Assembly: GCA_963812465.1 (NCBI GenBank)
Contig: CAWEVE010000012.1
Coordinates: 9,104-73,103, forward strand
Length of the DNA stretch: 64,000 nucleotides
Reading direction: 5' to 3'
DNA from: Terriglobia bacterium
Lineage (GTDB): Bacteria > Acidobacteriota > Terriglobia > Terriglobales > Acidobacteriaceae
This document shows positions 20,482 through 32,000 of this stretch, piece by piece. The translations under genes and the position numbers were made by a program. The notes under the pieces are model-generated. The model was not told the DNA's origin, did no database searches, and saw only the letters and a program-made list of their open reading frames with translations. The first letter of the stretch is position 1. Every line of letters starts with the position of its first letter.

Positions 20482-21306
20482 GTGTTCCGCAGACCACGAG
20501 GGCTAGAATCCGTCCCGTGTCTGGGATGGTTTCTCGATTCTTGGCTTGTGGCGCGCAAAGACCTCCAAATCGTGCAGTCCGGCGAGCGGACGAACGCCGC
20601 TGGAAAGCCAGTCAGCAACCTAATACTTCTGTCGCTCTCCGATAGCGAATACCGCGCACTTCGTCCTCATCTCGAATACGTCAGCTTGCCAAACCATCTC
20701 ATCCTTCACGAGGCTGGTGGAAAACTGGAATTTGCGTATTTTCCGAATCGAGGTTTGATTTCTCTTGTAGTCGTAATGAAAGATGGAAAGACCGTCGAAG
20801 CTGGCATAGTTGGGAATGAGGGCTTTACCGGAACACCGGCGGCTGTTGGCCTGAGCCGGAGCTCGCTTCAAGCGGTGGTACAAATCACGGGGGATGGTTT
20901 TCGAGTAGAGGTCGGGGCTTTGCAAAACACTTTGGAATCTGCTCCACGCCTTCAATTGATCTTGGGCCGCTATGCCGCAGTTCGGGGTATCCAGGTTGCA
21001 CAAACAGCCGCGTGTAATCGCCTGCACGATATTGAGCAGCGCCTTGCGCGGTGGTTGTTAATGACTCAGGATAGGGTGGATTCAGGGTCGCTGGCCATCA
21101 CTCATGATTTTCTCGCAACCATGCTGGGGACAGATAGACCTAGCGTGAGCCTCGCAGCTGGTGTTTTGCAGAGGAAGAAGCTCATCGAGTACGCCCGAGG
21201 CTCAGTGAGGATCGTCAACCGCAAGAAACTTGAAGACTCCGCCTGCGAGTGCTATGGAGTTATCCGACAGTACGATGGCGAGCTTGGCTTGAAATACCCG
21301 AAGTGA
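20482..21306 (+). CDS. Crp/Fnr family transcriptional regulator (start uncertain)
   Basis: Effector-domain barrel plus HTH (HDFLATMLGTDRPSVSLAAGVLQRKKLIEY). The first ~35 residues of the GTG-initiated ORF look non-native, so the true start is probably downstream. Confidence 0.8.
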   Translation: MFRRPRGLESVPCLGWFLDSWLVARKDLQIVQSGERTNAAGKPVSNLILLSLSDSEYRALRPHLEYVSLPNHLILHEAGGKLEFAYFPNRGLISLVVVMKDGKTVEAGIVGNEGFTGTPAAVGLSRSSLQAVVQITGDGFRVEVGALQNTLESAPRLQLILGRYAAVRGIQVAQTAACNRLHDIEQRLARWLLMTQDRVDSGSLAITHDFLATMLGTDRPSVSLAAGVLQRKKLIEYARGSVRIVNRKKLEDSACECYGVIRQYDGELGLKYPK

Positions 21307-21335
21307 AGAATCGGGAGTGTTCTGATGGCTTATGG

Positions 21336-21696
21336 CTACTCAGGAGTCAAGCCCCGATATCCTCCGCGACTCTCGAACACCGCCTGCAGTCTGCTCAGCT
21401 CGAACAGATCTCTAATTCGAGGCTTGCGGATTCGCCAGCTCCAGAACACACTGCGCCTTGCTCGCGGCCAGATAGACGCTGACCAGCGCACCCAGGCCAG
21501 AACTGTCGATGTAGTTGACCTCCGCCAGGTCCAGCACAATGTGTTTCGTTCCCGGGATGAGCCCGCGGATTGTTTTCTGCAATAGATCAGAACTTGCCGA
21601 CGTGATCCTGCCCGACCCGTGGACTATGGTTTCCTCGGCTTTCTTTTCTGTATTAATTTGCAACTCCGGGATGGGAACAGTTGGGTTCGCCGCCAT
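21336..21696 (-). pseudogene. STAS-domain protein (anti-sigma-factor antagonist-like; frame break ~21420)
   Basis: ORF 21412-21696 ends LDLAEVNYIDSSGLGALVSVYLAASKAQCVLELANPQ. The expected C-terminal helix PRIRDLFELSRLQAVFE continues in ORF 21336-21539. Confidence 0.8.
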
Positions 21697-21857
21697 TGTT
21701 GGCCTCCTGTCCTAAGTATAGCCGCGGCCGGGATTAGCCCGGCGCGCGGGTTGGAATATTCCGCTTACCGCGTGAGTCTATCAGTTTCGGAAATCGTCTA
21801 CCGAAATCGATGTTGCTGATAAAGCCATCTCACCCTGGCCTCGCATCAGCCCAGAGG

Positions 21858-23080
21858 TTAAGGCGCTGATTGCATCTCGCGGCTGACCTGTTCGGCCGCA
21901 GCCAGCACGCGAAGCGTATTTTCGCCCAGGATTTTGCGGATGTCAGCTTCGGAGTATCCCTTCTTGAGCAGAGCGTCCGTTATCTGCGGCAGGTGGGTCA
22001 CGTCATCCATTCCGTCCGGCATGGAGGCGCCATCGAAGTCGGAGCCGAGACCCACGTGATCAGGGCCAACGAGTTTGACGGCGTGGTCGATGTGGTCGAC
22101 GATTCGTTCCCAGGAAACATGCGGCAATTTGCCTTCCGCGGTGGCTTGTTTCTCCTGCTCGGCCATCTTCTTTCCCACGCAGGCCTCGTCGTCACCACAT
22201 TGCTTCTTGAGTTGATCCATCAGCGCTACGACCCCGCCTGACTGTTTGTCCATAGCATCTTTGTAAGCTTGATCGATAAAGCTCTTTTCGTAATTGATCT
22301 GGATGACGCCACCTTTCGCCGCAAGCGCCTTGATCATGTCGTCGGTCATATTGCGGGGATGATTGCACAGGGCGCGACACGAGGAATGAGAGGCAATCAA
22401 GGGAGCCTTGCTGACCGCGAGGGCGTCGTAGAACGTTTTGTCGGAAACGTGAGAGATATCGACGAGCATTCCCTGGCGGTTCATCTCGCGAACAATCTCT
22501 TTGCCGTAGTCGGTGAGGCCGTTGTGAGCGGGCTTATCGGTTGAGGAATCGGCCCATTCGTCGTTGTAGAAGTGGGAGAGGGTCATGTAGCGAACGCCGA
22601 GATCGCTGTAGATACGGACCATGCGGATGTCGTTGCCCAGCATGTGGCCGCCTTCAATGCCCATCAGGACAGCAATTTTCCCTTGTTCATGCGCGCGTCG
22701 GACGTCATCGGCAGTGCGGGCGGAGGCGAGATCCTTAGAGTATTTCCGCACATTTTGCTGGACGGCATCGATCTGGTCGAGAGCTTTTTGAATCGCGAGC
22801 GGGCCCATGGTGCGGCCATCAATCCAGATGGAAAAGAAAATGGCGTTCAGCCCGCCTTCGCGCATGCGAGGGATGTCGATGTGGCCCGTGGAATTGCGCT
22901 TGCCGAGATCGAAGTCGCTGGAGAAGAAGCGCTGGGTGGTATCGTCGTGGGTGTCAAGCGACGATGGAGGAAAAGTGAAGTCGGCGTGCCTGATCGGAGA
23001 TGGAAGTCGGCGGGCGCGGAAATGAGCAGAGAGACGGCGCCGAAAAGGCAGACGAACAAAGTGGCGAACAAGCGGATCAT
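21858..23080 (-). pseudogene. Membrane dipeptidase, peptidase family M19 (frame break ~23000)
   Basis: Signal peptide MIRLFATLFVCLFGAVSLLISAPA (ATG 23080, GGAGGA RBS) is in one frame. The M19 body (LDTHDDT...GGLNAIFFSIW...GIEGGH...SHSS...GLGSDFDG) is in the next frame. Confidence 0.85.
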
Positions 23081-23114
23081 CAGTCCTCCAGAGAGACGAG
23101 TGCGTTGAAAACTT

Positions 23115-23211
23115 GGCGGAAGCGTGTGCGAGTCGAACGCACCGGCGACAGGAAACCTGCCGCCCGCCGGTTTTGAAGACCGGGAGGATCACCGGAACCC
23201 ATGCGCTTCCT
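23115..23211 (-). tRNA. selC: tRNA-Sec (anticodon UCA)
   Basis: Minus strand reads GGAAGCGCATGGGTTCCGGTGATCCTCCCGGTCTTCAAAACCGGCGGGCGGCAGGTTTCCTGTCGCCGGTGCGTTCGACTCGCACACGCTTCCGCCA. It has an anticodon loop CUUCAAA, a long variable arm, an extended acceptor stem (GGAAGCG / CGCTTCC), a GTTCGACTC T-loop and an encoded GCCA end. The layout closely parallels E. coli selC. Confidence 0.9.
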
Positions 23212-23266
23212 TGCTCTCAGTAACGCTCGGGCTTCCATGTTAGCGGGAGGCGCGCTTCCTGCATAG

Positions 23267-24408
<1,142 letters not shown>

Positions 24409-24559
24409 ACTGGATAGGGACTCGGCCACAGAGTCTTCGACTGAAGAAACAAATCCCCACTTCTCGCAAAATACGCGAGAAATGGGGCACCCAGTTTCCA
24501 GTTTTCACTACCAAAGTACCCGGTATCAGGTATCCAACACCAACACCCGTTACCCGGAG

Positions 24560-25253
24560 TTACTTGGGTTGTGGGACGATGCGCAGATACGGCTTGGGCG
24601 ACTTCCAGCCGGCCGGGTACTTCTGCTGCGCCTCTTCGTTCGATACCGACGGGCAGGATGATGACATCGCCGCCCTGCTTCCAGTTCACCGGCGTCGCTA
24701 CTTTGTGTTTCGCAGTGAGCTGGATGGAATCGAGCACGCGCAGCACTTCATCGAAGTTGCGGCCGGTGCTCATCGGATAGCTGAGCTGGAGCTTGATCTT
24801 CTTGTCCGGACCAACCACAAAAACCGTGCGCACTGTGGCGTTGTCCGCCGCGGTGCGGCCTTCGGACGTATTGCCGCTTTCCGCGGGCAACATGCCGTAG
24901 AGCTTGGCAATCTTGAGTTGCGGATCGCCGATCATCGGGTAGTTCACTTTGTGGCCCTGGGTCTCTTCGATATCCGCCGCCCACTTTCCGTGGCTGCTGA
25001 CCGGGTCGACGCTCAGCCCGATAATCTTGGTGTTGCGCTTGGCAAATTCCGGCTGCAGCCCGGCCATGTAGCCGAGTTCGGTGGTGCAGACAGGGGTAAA
25101 GTCCTTGGGATGCGAGAACAGGATCGCCCAGCCGTCGCCGATCCATTCGTGAAAGTTGATCGTGCCTTGGGTAGTTTCGGCGGTGAAATCGGGAGCGACG
25201 TCGTTAATACGAGGAACTGTGTTCGTGACTGGAGGAACGGTTGCAGTGCTCAT
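24560..25253 (-). pseudogene. 1-Cys peroxiredoxin, Prx6-like (frame break ~24651)
   Basis: Contains DFTPVCTTE with the peroxidatic Cys. After DVIILP the native tail SVSNEEAQQKYPAGWKSPKPYLRIVPQPK-stop (stop 24560-24562) is in the adjacent frame. The track ORF instead runs on to 24405 in a wrong frame. Confidence 0.9.
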
Positions 25254-25344
25254 GGTTGCTCTCCTCGAAAAATTAGATCATCCGGCAAATCGCCGGAGTT
25301 GCGTTCAGGATCCCGCCGCGGTTTTCAAATGCGGGTAAGAACCG

Positions 25345-25382
25345 TATCAAAAAAGAAACCCACCCGATTTGCGCCGGGTGGG
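25345..25382 (-). terminator. Intrinsic-terminator-like hairpin (minus strand)
   Basis: An 8-bp GC-rich stem, cccacccg / cgggtggg. On the minus strand it is followed by TTTCTTTTTTGATA. It lies about 95 nt upstream of the peroxiredoxin start, with no annotated minus-strand gene before it. Confidence 0.45.
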
Positions 25383-25529
25383 TGTCGAAAGCCTGCTGCG
25401 CTACCCACACCCCGGCGTCCGCGTACAACAACACAGGACGGCCAGCGTGGAGCGCTTTTTCATCGTGTTCAGGATACCCGCGGGTGGAGATTCAGTCAAA
25501 CCGCGCGGCGTTGCAAAACCGCCACGCAA

Positions 25530-25585
25530 AGCAGGTCCCTCCGCTCCGCTCGCTTCGCTCCGCTGCTTGCTCAGGTCGGGATGAC
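25530..25585. repeat. Partial family-C element (inverted orientation)
   Basis: The reverse complement reads gtcatcccgacctgagcaagcagcggagcgaagcgagcggagcggagggacctgc. It shares the GTCATCC-YGA...GAGCGAAG...GGA(C/T)C core with the 1227-1415 and 28222-28420 elements. Confidence 0.5.
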
Positions 25586-25641
25586 GGAGGGTGATTTCGT
25601 ATCCGCCTCGACTGCGCAGGGTATAATCCCGGCTGTCCAAA

Positions 25642-28215
25642 ATGCCGTTACCTCCTGGCACGAAACTCGGGCCTTACGAAATCGTCGCCCTGGTGGGTGC
25701 GGGCGGAATGGGCGAGGTCTATCGAGCGCGAGACGCGCGCCTGCGACGCGAAGTGGCGGTGAAAGTTCTGCCGGCATCCTTCGCCCAGGATGCAGAGCGG
25801 TTGCGCCGCTTCGAGCAGGAAGCGCGCGCCGTGGGCACCCTGAACCACCCCAACATTCTGGGTATCTACGACGTAGGCAGCCACGACGGCTCGCCCTACC
25901 TCGTCTCCGAACTGCTCGAAGGCAAGAATCTGCGCCAGCACATGGACGGATCGGCTCTGCCGCAGCGCAAAGCGGTCGACTACGGCATGCAAATCGCGCG
26001 CGGACTGGCCGCAGCCCATGAAAAAGGCGTAGTCCATCGCGACCTCAAGCCCGACAACATTTTCGTGCTGCACGACGGGCGCATCAAGATTCTGGATTTC
26101 GGCCTGGCGAAGCTGGTGTATGAAAACCAGCTTAACGAATCCCAGACTGTAGACCATCCCCAGACCAACAACACCACGCCGGGCCAGGTTGTCGGAACCG
26201 TGGGCTACATGTCGCCCGAGCAAGTACGCGGGCAAACCACCGACCATCGCACCGACATTTTTGCCCTGGGCGCCATCCTGTACGAAATGCTCAGCGGCAA
26301 ACGGGCATTCAAGCGCGACTCCAGCGTCGAGACCATGAATGCCATCCTCAAGGAAGAACCGGAAGAGTTGCAGGAGATAAGTCCGAACCTGGCGCCCGGT
26401 CTGGATCGCGTGGTGCGGCACTGCCTGGAAAAGAATCCGGTACAGCGTTTTCAGTCAGCCGGTGACATCGCCTTCGACCTGGAGACAATTTCCAGCCAGT
26501 CGGGCGGCGGCTCCCGGCTGCAAGCCGTAAGGGACGAACGGCGGTCCTACTGGAAGTATGGGGTTGGAGCCCTGGCCGTGCTGCTGGCGTTAGCCGGGAC
26601 CTATTATTGGGCGCGAAATTCTGCCCCTCGGAGCCTGTCGCCGCATTTTCACCAGCTCACTTTCCAACGCGGTTCGATCTACGGAGCCAAGTTCGCTCCG
26701 GACGGACAGAGCATCCTTTACAGCGCAGCCTGGAACGGGGCAGAAAAGCAACAGGTCTACACCACCCGAACCGACGCGCTGATGTCCCGCCCGATCGATC
26801 TGACGGATAGCCAGCTCTTGAGCATCTCCACCAAGGGAGAAGTGGCGATTCAGCAGAGAGCGAATAACGATGCGTTTCCCAGTGGCATGCTCTCGGTGGT
26901 GCCGCTGACGGGGGGTGCTCCGCGCGAGCTTTTGGGAGATGTGCTCGACGCTTCGTGGAGCCCGGACGGAGAATCTCTGGCGGCGGTCCACGTGGTCAAC
27001 GGAGAAAACCGGCTGGAGTATCCCATTGGAAAAGTCATCCATTCCACCAACACGGGCAACTTCAGGAACGTTGCGGTTTCTCCGGACGGCAAACGCGTGG
27101 CTTTTTTCGATCACCCTAACGCCGGCGACACGCGCGGTTACATCGCGGTCGTGGACGCTTCCGGCAAAGCCAAACGTTTGACCAAGGAGTGGAGTGACCT
27201 TACCGGCCTGGCTTGGTCGCGGTCCGGAGATGAGATTTGGTTCACCGGCAGCGATGCCGGGATCAACAGCGCGCTCTACGCCGTCAACCTGAATGGCCAG
27301 CTACGGGATTTGCTTCATATCCCTGGGCGGCTGCACCTTTTCGATATCAGCAAAGACGGCCAGGTCCTGATCACCAACGAGGCCACCCGTCAGGAACTCT
27401 ATGGCCGGCACATGGGACAGGAAAGGGACCAGGATCTGTCCTGGTTCGACTGGACCCTGGGGCGCAGCGTCTCGCGAGACGGGCAGTGGGCGGTGCTCGA
27501 GGAAGACGGCGAAGGCGGCGGAGCACAGTACACAGTTTTCCTGCGCAAAACCGATGGCTCTCCGGCAATCCGCCTGGGGCCAGGCTTAGGGCTCGATATT
27601 TCTCCCGATGGAAAGTGGGTGGCGTCGAGCGCCGTGAATCAACCGTCCCCCACAGTACTCTTGCCTACCGGCGCCGGACAACCCATGCCCCTGGCCGATG
27701 GCCAGCTATTTCACAGCAACAATCTACGCTTCCTGCCCGACGGCAAAGGCGTGATCATGGTGGCGACGGAAACCGGAAAGGCGCCACGTACTTATGTGCT
27801 GATGCGCGATGGCTCGGCGCCCAGGGCTTTCGGACCAGAGGCCTTTCAAGGCACGCTGGTTTCACCTGATGGCAAGTACGTCCTGGGGAAGATGAATGAC
27901 GCCTACGTGATCCTGCCGTTCGCAGGCGACCAAACTCCGCAAGCTTTGCCTTCCATTCATGCTGGCGAGGTGGTGCTGGAATGGACCGCTGACAGCGAAT
28001 CGGTCTACGTCGCCCAGAACTCCTCAGCTTCGGTCAAAGTTGACATCATGAATATCAAGACCGGCCAGCGCCGGTTGCATCATCAGCACGCGCCCGGCGA
28101 CCTTTCCGGCGTCGCCTTTATCAGTTCGGGACGCATCACGCCGGACGGAAACTTCTACCTTTACGGTGTCGGCCGCACGCTTTCATTCCTCTACGTTGTG
28201 GATGGATTGAAGTAA
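25642..28215 (+). CDS. Ser/Thr protein kinase with C-terminal TolB-like beta-propeller
   Basis: 857 aa. Hanks kinase motifs are present: [36 protein letters not shown] segment follows, then repeated SPDG/WSPDG propeller blades. Confidence 0.9.
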   Translation: MPLPPGTKLGPYEIVALVGAGGMGEVYRARDARLRREVAVKVLPASFAQDAERLRRFEQEARAVGTLNHPNILGIYDVGSHDGSPYLVSELLEGKNLRQHMDGSALPQRKAVDYGMQIARGLAAAHEKGVVHRDLKPDNIFVLHDGRIKILDFGLAKLVYENQLNESQTVDHPQTNNTTPGQVVGTVGYMSPEQVRGQTTDHRTDIFALGAILYEMLSGKRAFKRDSSVETMNAILKEEPEELQEISPNLAPGLDRVVRHCLEKNPVQRFQSAGDIAFDLETISSQSGGGSRLQAVRDERRSYWKYGVGALAVLLALAGTYYWARNSAPRSLSPHFHQLTFQRGSIYGAKFAPDGQSILYSAAWNGAEKQQVYTTRTDALMSRPIDLTDSQLLSISTKGEVAIQQRANNDAFPSGMLSVVPLTGGAPRELLGDVLDASWSPDGESLAAVHVVNGENRLEYPIGKVIHSTNTGNFRNVAVSPDGKRVAFFDHPNAGDTRGYIAVVDASGKAKRLTKEWSDLTGLAWSRSGDEIWFTGSDAGINSALYAVNLNGQLRDLLHIPGRLHLFDISKDGQVLITNEATRQELYGRHMGQERDQDLSWFDWTLGRSVSRDGQWAVLEEDGEGGGAQYTVFLRKTDGSPAIRLGPGLGLDISPDGKWVASSAVNQPSPTVLLPTGAGQPMPLADGQLFHSNNLRFLPDGKGVIMVATETGKAPRTYVLMRDGSAPRAFGPEAFQGTLVSPDGKYVLGKMNDAYVILPFAGDQTPQALPSIHAGEVVLEWTADSESVYVAQNSSASVKVDIMNIKTGQRRLHHQHAPGDLSGVAFISSGRITPDGNFYLYGVGRTLSFLYVVDGLK

Positions 28216-28221
28216 CAACCC

Positions 28222-28420
28222 ATTGTCATCCTGAGCGAAGGCAGGCCATTCGCTTGCGAATGGGCTGATGCAGTCGAAGGACCCCTTGGAGCTTATCGCG
28301 CCGTCGGGTTGGAAACATCTTCGTTTGGGCACACCTTCCAGGTTGCGCAACGAACGGGTAGGGATCCCGCGACCGCGCGTTGGCTTCGCCATGCGAAGCC
28401 GCCACTCCGCTCAGGACAGT
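28222..28420. repeat. Palindromic intergenic element (family C)
   Basis: gtcatcctgagcgaagg (28225-28241) pairs with ccgctcaggacag (28407-28419). There are two internal sub-hairpins: ccattcgc-tt-gcgaatgg and ggcttcgc-cat-gcgaagcc. Confidence 0.65.
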
Positions 28421-28515
28421 TACATACAGGATGTACAGTTGTGTACAGGGAAAGCGTCTATCGCCGAAAATCGCTCAACCTGACATTGCGGCGTGGCGAG
28501 TAAAATACTTCGGTC

Positions 28516-29412
28516 ATGACAAAGGACCTTCGCCGTTTTCCATTCGCACAATTCGACGTTTTTTCTTCCCGGCCATTCGAGGGAAATTCCCTGGCCGTGT
28601 TTCCCGACGCCCGCGGGCTTAGTGATCAGCAGATGCAAGCCATCGCACGCGAGATGAATTTGTCCGAGACCACCTTCATTCTGCCTCGCGATGCGGCGAC
28701 CGAGCGCGAGCGCGGAGTGCGAGTCCGGATTTTCACCGTCCAGGAAGAATTGCCGTTTGCCGGTCATCCGACTCTGGGCACGGCGTTCCAGTTGCGGGGT
28801 TCGACCGGCGCAGGCGAAGTCGCCCTCGACCTGAATGTCGGCAAGGTGCCGGTTCGCTTCGAAGAAAGCGCCGGTCAGCCCCCGTTCGGCGAAATGACGC
28901 AGGTAGATCCCAAGTTCGGACTGACGCACGATCGCGAAACCGTGGTGCGCGCCAGCGGCCTGCGCGACGGAGATATCGACCCGTCTTTGCCGATCCAGAC
29001 GGTTTCGACCGGACTCGTGTTCACCGTGGTTCCGCTCCGCGGGCTGGACGTGATCCGCCGGCTGCAACTCGACCTCAAGAGCGCCAGCGAATATCTGGAA
29101 CGCTCGCAAGGAGGCAAGTTTTTCTACTTCGTGACCCGGGAGACAGTCGATCCGACGGCGCGCTTGCACGCCCGCATGCTGTTCTACAACGGAGAAGATC
29201 CAGCCACGGGCTCAGCCGCCGGCTGCGCCGCCGCGTGGATGGTGGCCCACGGCGTGGCAAAACCCGACGAGCGCGTGCTCATCGAACAGGGCGTGGAGAT
29301 GCTGCGCCCGAGCCGTATTTTTGTGCGCGCGTCGCGCCAGGATGACAGAGTGGTTAACGTTCGGGTGGGAGGAAATGCTGTGGAAGTCCTGCGCGGAGAA
29401 GTTTTTTTCTAG
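28516..29412 (+). CDS. PhzF family isomerase
   Basis: 298 aa. FAQFDVFSSRPFEGNSLAVF...LSETTFILP...HPTLGTA is the PhzF-family signature. Confidence 0.85.
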   Translation: MTKDLRRFPFAQFDVFSSRPFEGNSLAVFPDARGLSDQQMQAIAREMNLSETTFILPRDAATERERGVRVRIFTVQEELPFAGHPTLGTAFQLRGSTGAGEVALDLNVGKVPVRFEESAGQPPFGEMTQVDPKFGLTHDRETVVRASGLRDGDIDPSLPIQTVSTGLVFTVVPLRGLDVIRRLQLDLKSASEYLERSQGGKFFYFVTRETVDPTARLHARMLFYNGEDPATGSAAGCAAAWMVAHGVAKPDERVLIEQGVEMLRPSRIFVRASRQDDRVVNVRVGGNAVEVLRGEVFF

Positions 29413-29630
29413 GCGTCGATCGTCGGATTGGGGCGCAAGCACGCGGCCATGCACAAGCGGGAATTTTTTTCAATGGTGCGAATTTACCATTAGCATCGGC
29501 GGCACTTTACATCTGGCTCCGCTGGCCTTAGCATTTTGTCTCGCCCCGAGTCTCCCAAATATTAGTCAAAAGATTTTTTTGAAAGCGCCCGGCGCCTGCA
29601 CGTTTTCAGGCGGCCACTTCGGAAGCAGGA

Positions 29631-30050
29631 ATGAAGCCGAAACGAACCATTCTTTGTGTCGACGACAACGAACAGTCCCTTTCCATCCGCAAAGTCATGC
29701 TCGAGACCCGCGGTTATCGCGTGATCACTTGCAACAACGGCCAGGAGGCGCTCGAGCGCTTTAAAAAGGGCGGCATCGATCTGGTGCTTACCGATCTCAT
29801 CATGCCCGGGGTGGATGGAGGCAAGCTCATCGACTCCATCAAAACTCTTTCGCCTGAAACTCCCGCCATTCTTTTTTCCGGCAAAGTGCGGATTTACGAT
29901 CGCGACACCCGAGCAGATGTTTTCCTGCCCAAGGGCATGTACGCGCCCGTGGAATTGCTGGAACGCATCCGCATGTTGCTGGTGCGCAAGCGCGGCCCCA
30001 AGCGCGCCCAATCGAAGACCCAGGGCTCCGGGCGACTGGGTGCGGCGTAG
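29631..30050 (+). CDS. Response regulator, receiver domain only
   Basis: 139 aa. ILCVDDNE, the phospho-acceptor context DLVLTDLIMPGVDG, and a conserved Lys (FLPKG). Confidence 0.85.
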   Translation: MKPKRTILCVDDNEQSLSIRKVMLETRGYRVITCNNGQEALERFKKGGIDLVLTDLIMPGVDGGKLIDSIKTLSPETPAILFSGKVRIYDRDTRADVFLPKGMYAPVELLERIRMLLVRKRGPKRAQSKTQGSGRLGAA

Positions 30051-30079
30051 CGAATGCGTTCCGCTTCCTGAGAAAATCG

Positions 30080-30161
30080 TAAACCACCAAGGACACGAAG
30101 TATCACGAAGGAAACCTTTGAGGGGTTTTCCTTCGTGATACTTCGTGTCCTTGGTGGTTTA
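30080..30161. repeat. Perfect 34-bp-stem hairpin element (family A, CACGAAGG-rich)
   Basis: aaaccaccaaggacacgaagtatcacgaaggaaa (30081-30114) is the exact reverse complement of 30127-30160. The loop is 12 nt. Confidence 0.9.
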
Positions 30162-30230
30162 TAGGTTTCGGTGGTTTACGCCGCGCCGCCCGCCGCTCTC
30201 CACGCGCTTCGTGTAATATCGATCAGTTGG

Positions 30231-30941
30231 ATGCCTGCCTTTATTGAAGCCGTGGAGTTGCGTAAGACCTACCGGGTAGGGAAGATCGATGTTCCCGCCC
30301 TCCGCGGAATCTCTTTCAGCGTGCAGAAGGGAGAATTTGTAAGCGTGGTGGGCCCTTCGGGCAGCGGCAAATCCACGCTCTTCTACCTTCTGGGCGGACT
30401 GACCAGGGCTGACTCCGGTCATGTGGTCATTGACGGTGACGACTTTGCGCGACTCTCCGACGCCGAGCGCACCCGGCTGCGCAAGCGCAAGATTGGATTC
30501 GTTTTCCAGAAGTTCAATCTGCTGCCCACGCTGGACGCGCGCTCCAACATCGATATTGCGATCGATATCGCCGGCACGAGTGAAGCTCGCGATGCCGCTT
30601 ATTTCGACAAGATTGTGGGTCTGCTGGGTCTGGACAAGCGCCTGCGGCACCGGCCTTCCGAACTTTCCGGGGGCGAGCAACAGCGAGTGGCGCTGGCGCG
30701 GGCGCTGATCAACAAGCCGGCGATTGTTCTGGCGGACGAACCTACCGGCAACCTGGATTCGAAGAATTCCGACATCGTGCTGGCCATGCTGCGGCATTCC
30801 AATCAGGAACTCGGCCAGACCGTTCTGATGATCACGCACAATCCGGAAGCCGCCAGCTACGGTGATCGCATGATTCACATGCGGGACGGTGAAATCGTGA
30901 CTCCAGACAAAGATCCGCAATGGGCCGGCCACTCGGCCTAG
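30231..30941 (+). CDS. ABC transporter ATP-binding protein (LolD/MacB/FtsE-like)
   Basis: Internal ATG at 30231; the upstream part of the track ORF overlaps the hairpin element. Walker [10 protein letters not shown], signature [13 protein letters not shown], Walker [13 protein letters not shown]. Confidence 0.9.
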   Translation: MPAFIEAVELRKTYRVGKIDVPALRGISFSVQKGEFVSVVGPSGSGKSTLFYLLGGLTRADSGHVVIDGDDFARLSDAERTRLRKRKIGFVFQKFNLLPTLDARSNIDIAIDIAGTSEARDAAYFDKIVGLLGLDKRLRHRPSELSGGEQQRVALARALINKPAIVLADEPTGNLDSKNSDIVLAMLRHSNQELGQTVLMITHNPEAASYGDRMIHMRDGEIVTPDKDPQWAGHSA

Positions 30942-30974
30942 CCGGCCGGATAATTATCATGCCGAATAGTCATC

Positions 30975-31703
30975 ATGGATGATCTGCGAAAACCGATTCT
31001 GCCCGGCAAGGGCGCCTCGGACTACGAGCGCTACCTGCGCACCGACGAACTGCTGTCCCTGCAGAAGACCGCTGAAGAATTTCTGCATCCGGATGAGATG
31101 ACCTTTCAGGTGGTGCATCAGGCATCCGAGCTGCTGCTGAAAGGGATCGTTTGGGAACTAGATCGGGCTCGAGCGTTGATCGCCGATGGCGACTTCTTCA
31201 ACTCCGCCCAACTGCTGCGCCGCGGCAATCACATGCTGGAATACCCAATCTCCATGCTGCACGAACTGGAGACCATCACTCCCCACGACTATCACCTGAT
31301 TCGCGCCGGCCTGGGGCACGGCAGCGGCCTGGATTCGCCCGGTTTTTTGGGCCTGCTCCATATTGGCCCTCGACTGGGTGAGGCTTTCAACGCTCAACTG
31401 GAAAAGGCAAGTCTCACCGTAGACGACCTTTATCGCCGTCACGCGGAATTTTTCGGACTGCATGATGTGGCGGAGCGACTGCTTGATTTTGATGAACGCG
31501 TCCACCTGTTCCGCTTTCATCATCTGAAACTGGCTCAACGCATCATCGGCGGCGGCGTGGTAGGCACGATGGGGACGCCGGTCGAAGTCCTGCATCAGCG
31601 TATGGAGCACCTGTTCTACAAGGAACTTTGGGATGTACGGAACCGGATCACGGCGCGGGCCAACGAAGCCATGCAAAAGAACGGTATCGGCCCGAAGTAC
31701 TAG
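30975..31703 (+). CDS. kynA: Tryptophan 2,3-dioxygenase (short bacterial type)
   Basis: 242 aa. SDYERYLRTDELLSLQK...FQVVHQASELLLK...ITPHDYHLIR...GSGLDSPGF resembles the TDO family. Confidence 0.75.
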   Translation: MDDLRKPILPGKGASDYERYLRTDELLSLQKTAEEFLHPDEMTFQVVHQASELLLKGIVWELDRARALIADGDFFNSAQLLRRGNHMLEYPISMLHELETITPHDYHLIRAGLGHGSGLDSPGFLGLLHIGPRLGEAFNAQLEKASLTVDDLYRRHAEFFGLHDVAERLLDFDERVHLFRFHHLKLAQRIIGGGVVGTMGTPVEVLHQRMEHLFYKELWDVRNRITARANEAMQKNGIGPKY

Positions 31704-31758
31704 CTTTGAAGGTTCATTGCTGCAAAGTTGTAGTGTTGGCTATAATCAGATTCGGCAA

Positions 31759-31833
31759 GCGGGAGTAGCTCAGTGGTAGAGCGCGACCTTGCCAAGGTCG
31801 ATGTCGCGGGTTCGACCCCCGTCTCCCGCTCCA
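31759..31833 (+). tRNA. tRNA-Gly (anticodon GCC)
   Basis: GCGGGAGTAGCTCAGTGGTAGAGCGCGACCTTGCCAAGGTCGATGTCGCGGGTTCGACCCCCGTCTCCCGCTCCA folds as a cloverleaf. Anticodon loop is TTGCCAA and the CCA end is encoded. Confidence 0.95.
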
Positions 31834-31884
31834 ATTTTCACGGAAAAGCCTCACGGCCTCGAAGCTTTTTCCACCCGGCAATAG

Positions 31885-31959
31885 GGCGCGGTACCCAAGT
31901 GGTAAGGGAGAGGTCTGCAAAACCTTTATACGTCGGTTCGATTCCGACCCGCGCCTCCA
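31885..31959 (+). tRNA. tRNA-Cys (anticodon GCA)
   Basis: GGCGCGGTACCCAAGTGGTAAGGGAGAGGTCTGCAAAACCTTTATACGTCGGTTCGATTCCGACCCGCGCCTCCA. Acceptor stem GGCGCGG / CCGCGCC, anticodon loop CTGCAAA. Confidence 0.95.
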
Positions 31960-32000
31960 CTCCATTTTCCCGAAAAACCGAACGGACCCAATCGTACGAA

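Noticed and set aside
24560-25253. The peroxiredoxin, or another gene near selC, as a selenoprotein.
   Set aside because: The peroxidatic position is a Cys codon (FTPVCTTE). I saw no conserved gene in the window whose alignment requires an in-frame TGA.
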